A DNA stretch of 63,162 nt, the filler included. It is 7 parts of 7 records of this genome, joined end to end, with 100 filler letters (N's around TTAATTAATTAA, not from the genome) between each part and the next. Parts side by side here need not be neighbours in the genome. Positions count along the whole stretch, not along the records: positions 56,768 to 63,162 come from DRR723986_17568; 6 more parts are not named here. One strand, given 5' to 3'. The translations under genes were made by a program, and so were the position numbers. Below the pieces are notes generated by a model. That model made no database searches, was not told the DNA's origin, and saw only the letters and a list, made by a program, of their open reading frames with translations. This document shows positions 60,097 through 63,162 of the stretch, in pieces. Positions within the stretch are counted from its first letter, which is position 1, and each line of letters opens with the position of its first letter.

Positions 60097-60966
60097 TCAG
60101 CTGGCTTGAACGGCAGATTGGCCGATTTTGCCCACTTTAGCCTGCATGCGCTCAAGCATTGTTATGGGAATTGTTGAGCTTCCCAGGTTACGGTCGTCAA
60201 AGGGCCGGGAGCCATGATAATCGGAGCCGCCCGACATGAGCAGTCCGTAAGAATTGGCGAGCCCGGCATACTTCTGTTGCAGGCGTCGGCTATGGCTGGG
60301 GTGGACAATCTCCACACCGTCGAGCCCGGCGGCAATCATTTCGTAGAGAAATTTGTTGCGCATGGTTTTGCCGGGGTGGGCGAGCATAGCAATGCCACCA
60401 CAGCGATGGATCAGGCCAAACGCTTCCTCAGCTGTGAAGTTCCACTTGGGAACGTATGCCGGTCGACGTTCGGCCAGATACTCGACAAAAGCACGGCGCA
60501 CGGTCGTGACGTGTCCACGCGCGACCATTTCCTGCGCCACATGTACGCGGCCGGCGCTGCCACCGGCACGATCAAAGATGTCGTCGTGCCGAATGGTCAA
60601 TCCGAGGCTGTTGAGTTTGACGGCGATGTCACGTACGCGTTGTTCACGCGCGTCGTCACAGCGCTTGATATGTGTTTTGAGCTCAGCGGCGTCCGGATCA
60701 AGCAGATAACCAAGAATATGCGTTTCACCTTGCTGCTGCACACAAGATAGCTCGATGCCGCTAATGCATTCGATGCCGACTTCACGGGCAGCCTCAAAGG
60801 CCTGAGGCAGGCCATCGACAGTATCGTGGTCTGTAATGGCGACGGCTTTAAGCCCGCGGTCGGCGGCTTTGCGCACGAGGTCGGCAGGGCTTAGAGATCC
60901 ATCGGAAAAATGTGTGTGCATGTGCAGGTCAGCACGCGCATCACCTTCCAGCAAGGGGTTTATCAA
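60097..60966 (-). CDS. PHP-domain metal-dependent phosphoesterase (YciV/TrpH-like)
   Basis: DLHMHTHFSDG, ITDHDT, GIELS, HILGY, LAHP, GGSDYHG. Confidence 0.9.
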   Translation of the reverse strand: MINPLLEGDARADLHMHTHFSDGSLSPADLVRKAADRGLKAVAITDHDTVDGLPQAFEAAREVGIECISGIELSCVQQQGETHILGYLLDPDAAELKTHIKRCDDAREQRVRDIAVKLNSLGLTIRHDDIFDRAGGSAGRVHVAQEMVARGHVTTVRRAFVEYLAERRPAYVPKWNFTAEEAFGLIHRCGGIAMLAHPGKTMRNKFLYEMIAAGLDGVEIVHPSHSRRLQQKYAGLANSYGLLMSGGSDYHGSRPFDDRNLGSSTIPITMLERMQAKVGKIGQSAVQAS

Positions 60967-61075
60967 TTCCGAGTCCGTTTCTGATCGATGTGTAGTTTTT
61001 TGATTCGATGTGGATGAGCTGCGCGGCTGACCTGGGCGTTAACCCATAGAGCCGCGCGGCCCAACATAATCCGGC

Positions 61076-62788
61076 TTAGAGTGTGCCCAACAATGTTTGG
61101 ATGGCTGCGAGTGCCCCGGCACGATCCACCAATTCGCGGTCGCCAGTGCGGCGATTTTTGACTTCTACCTGACCATTGGCCAGGTTTTTGTCACCGACTA
61201 CAAGCTGGACGGGGAAGCCGAGCAGGTCAGCGTCCTTAAATTTGACGCCTGGTGAAACCGGACGATCATCGTAGAGGACCGAAAGGCCGGCAGCCTGAAG
61301 CTCATCATGCAGTTCTTCACATGCGGCGCGGACGTCGGCTGACTTTTTCGTGTTCATGCCGACAATCTGGATGTCGTAGGGCGAGAGTGCTTTGTTCCAG
61401 CAGATGCCAAGGTCGTCGAAGTTCTGCTCAATATAACAAGCCAGAATGCGTTCGACGCCGATGCCATAACTTCCCATGATGATCGGGTGTTCACGTCCGT
61501 TCTCATCCAGGAAAACGGCGTTGAGGGCTTTGGAATATTTAGTGCCGAGTTTGAAGATGTGGCCAATTTCGATGGCCCGCACAACGCGCAGTTTGGGGCC
61601 GTCAGGGCCGCCATGGCGTTCACCTTCCTGGACCATGCGCAGGTCGTGGTAGGCCTCGATGGATGCGTCGCGCTCCAAATCGATGTTGCGGTAGTGCTGG
61701 CCGTCCTGATTGGCGCCACTGACGAGACCATCAACACCTTTGAGGCGCAGGTCGGCAATCACGCGCATTTTGGAGTTTTTGAGGCCAATCGGTCCAATCG
61801 AGCCGCCGCGTGCGCCGGTGTTGGCGACCAGCTGGTCTACATCGGCCGGGCGGAATTGGGTTGTGTTGAGGACGCGCGCCAGCTTTTCTTCATTCAGCTC
61901 GTCGTTACCGCACATCAGGACAAGCACGGGCTCATCATCGGCGATGTAAACTACACTTTTGGCGCAGCGCTCTTCGGGAATCGAATATTTGTTGATCAGG
62001 TCGTTGATGGTCCGTGCGTCCGGCGTGGCAAACTGCTCAACTGCAGCACCGTCATCCAGGCGTGGAATGGGTGGCATCCAGGAGCTTGCAACTTCGATGT
62101 TGGCGGCATAGGAATTGTCTTCAGCCAGCGCGCAGGTGTCTTCACCGTGCGAGGACTCGACCATGAATTCCAGTGAGCCGCTGCCGCCCATGGCGCCGGA
62201 GGAAGCACCCACGGAGAAGTAGTTGAGGCCACAGCGCGTAAATATGCGCTCGTATGCCAGGCGGTGTTTTTCGTAGCCGGCATCCAGACCTTCCTGCGTG
62301 GCATCCAGCGTGTAGGAGTCTTTCATGATAAACTGGCGACCGCGCAGCACACCGGAGCGCGGGCGAGGCTCGTTGCGGAACTTGGTTTGAATCTGGTACC
62401 AGATTTGTGGCAAGTCTTTGTAGGACTTGATGTGCTGGCGCGCATGGTAGGCGATGATTTCTTCATGCGTTGGCGCAAGCACCAGGCCTTCGCGATTTTT
62501 GATATGGAACAGAACGTCATCCATCGCTTCCACGCGGCCGGTCTGTTCCCAGATTTCAATGGGGTTAAGTGCCGGCAGGTGGAATTCCTGTCCGCCGATG
62601 CCATCCATTTCTTCGCGCAGAATTTGCTGCACTTTTTTGATGGCTGCATACCCCAGGGGCAGGAAGGAGTAAACTCCGGCTGCCAATGACCGCACCATTC
62701 CGGAGCGGATCATCAATTGATGGGAAGGAATCTGAGCCTCTGAAGGAACTTCCTTCAAGGTTGGAATAAAGAGTTGTGAATAACGCAT
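61076..62788 (-). CDS. proS: Proline--tRNA ligase, bacterial type with editing insertion
   Basis: MRYSQLFIPTLKE, LAPTHEE, FRNEPRPRSG, IEIGHIFKLG, MGSYGIG, GVKFKDADLLG. Confidence 0.96.
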   Translation of the reverse strand: MRYSQLFIPTLKEVPSEAQIPSHQLMIRSGMVRSLAAGVYSFLPLGYAAIKKVQQILREEMDGIGGQEFHLPALNPIEIWEQTGRVEAMDDVLFHIKNREGLVLAPTHEEIIAYHARQHIKSYKDLPQIWYQIQTKFRNEPRPRSGVLRGRQFIMKDSYTLDATQEGLDAGYEKHRLAYERIFTRCGLNYFSVGASSGAMGGSGSLEFMVESSHGEDTCALAEDNSYAANIEVASSWMPPIPRLDDGAAVEQFATPDARTINDLINKYSIPEERCAKSVVYIADDEPVLVLMCGNDELNEEKLARVLNTTQFRPADVDQLVANTGARGGSIGPIGLKNSKMRVIADLRLKGVDGLVSGANQDGQHYRNIDLERDASIEAYHDLRMVQEGERHGGPDGPKLRVVRAIEIGHIFKLGTKYSKALNAVFLDENGREHPIIMGSYGIGVERILACYIEQNFDDLGICWNKALSPYDIQIVGMNTKKSADVRAACEELHDELQAAGLSVLYDDRPVSPGVKFKDADLLGFPVQLVVGDKNLANGQVEVKNRRTGDRELVDRAGALAAIQTLLGTL

Positions 62789-63162
62789 GACCGAATCTAT
62801 GGCTGCTTTACGTGAGCTAAAATCGCTGACTACAAGCACGCAAGATAACATTAATTTTCCGCATCGGGCCGCAGGGGGATTGATTGGTGGGCACTGCCGC
62901 CTGCGCTGCTGCGGGCAAAACTTCTGAATTTGGGCGCGATTGATGCGCGGCGAGTGAAAACAGGCTGAAGGCTTGGCCGTGGTGCGGATGCCGGAGGACT
63001 GTAGCGCTTTGAACGACAGCCTGGAGGCATGCGGTTTTGCCTTGTACGAATCCGAAGCTTGTCTAGATTTGTGCCTGGTGGTGCGTGAATTGACTGGATT
63101 TTAGGTGATTTTGTTGAAAATTTGGCGGTTCCTTTTGAGAAATCAATGGGTCCGCCCATGCC

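Overview
This window is not one locus. It is seven unrelated contigs joined by identical 100-nt spacers (44 N + TTAATTAATTAA + 44 N), so gene neighbourhoods only mean something within a contig. Taxonomic labels below are inferred from gene content and protein style. Contig A (1-7623, FCB-group bacterium with a T9SS) has an MbnP-like protein, an MbnH-like di-heme enzyme, a T9SS-secreted YHYH protein, a TrxB-like oxidoreductase and a large T9SS cargo protein. Contig B (7724-13839, Roseobacter-like) has partial katG, oxyR, a chemoreceptor, metG and a partial MFS gene. Contig C (13940-28939, Marinobacter-like) has the end of a surface polysaccharide locus, an mvaT-like gene, a REC-CheC plus diguanylate cyclase pair, a DUF6160 protein, sbcB and a degenerate TPR-methyltransferase. 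Contig D (29040-43389, Alphaproteobacterium, accessory DNA) has an ISNCY/IS1202-type transposase that appears to carry a merR-merT-GDCCVxC module, an IS30 remnant, a DUF1254/DUF1214 plus outer-membrane cluster with an AraC pair, and a cold-shock module. Contigs E (43490-49207) and F (49308-56667) are Marinobacter-like core genes: dsbC, hom, thrC, recJ, prfB with its +1 frameshift; tex, gshA, rmf-like, fliL, dsbB, rsd, FKBP PPIase, ABC-F. Contig G (56768-63162, FCB group) has tRNA-Leu(GAG), porZ-like, ribH, a PHP protein and proS. The best candidates for undescribed biology are the MbnP-MbnH-YHYH(T9SS) operon, whose peroxidase lacks the inter-heme Trp, the IS1202-type element carrying a MerA-less metal module, and the DUF1254 envelope cluster. 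No CRISPR array or rRNA gene was seen.
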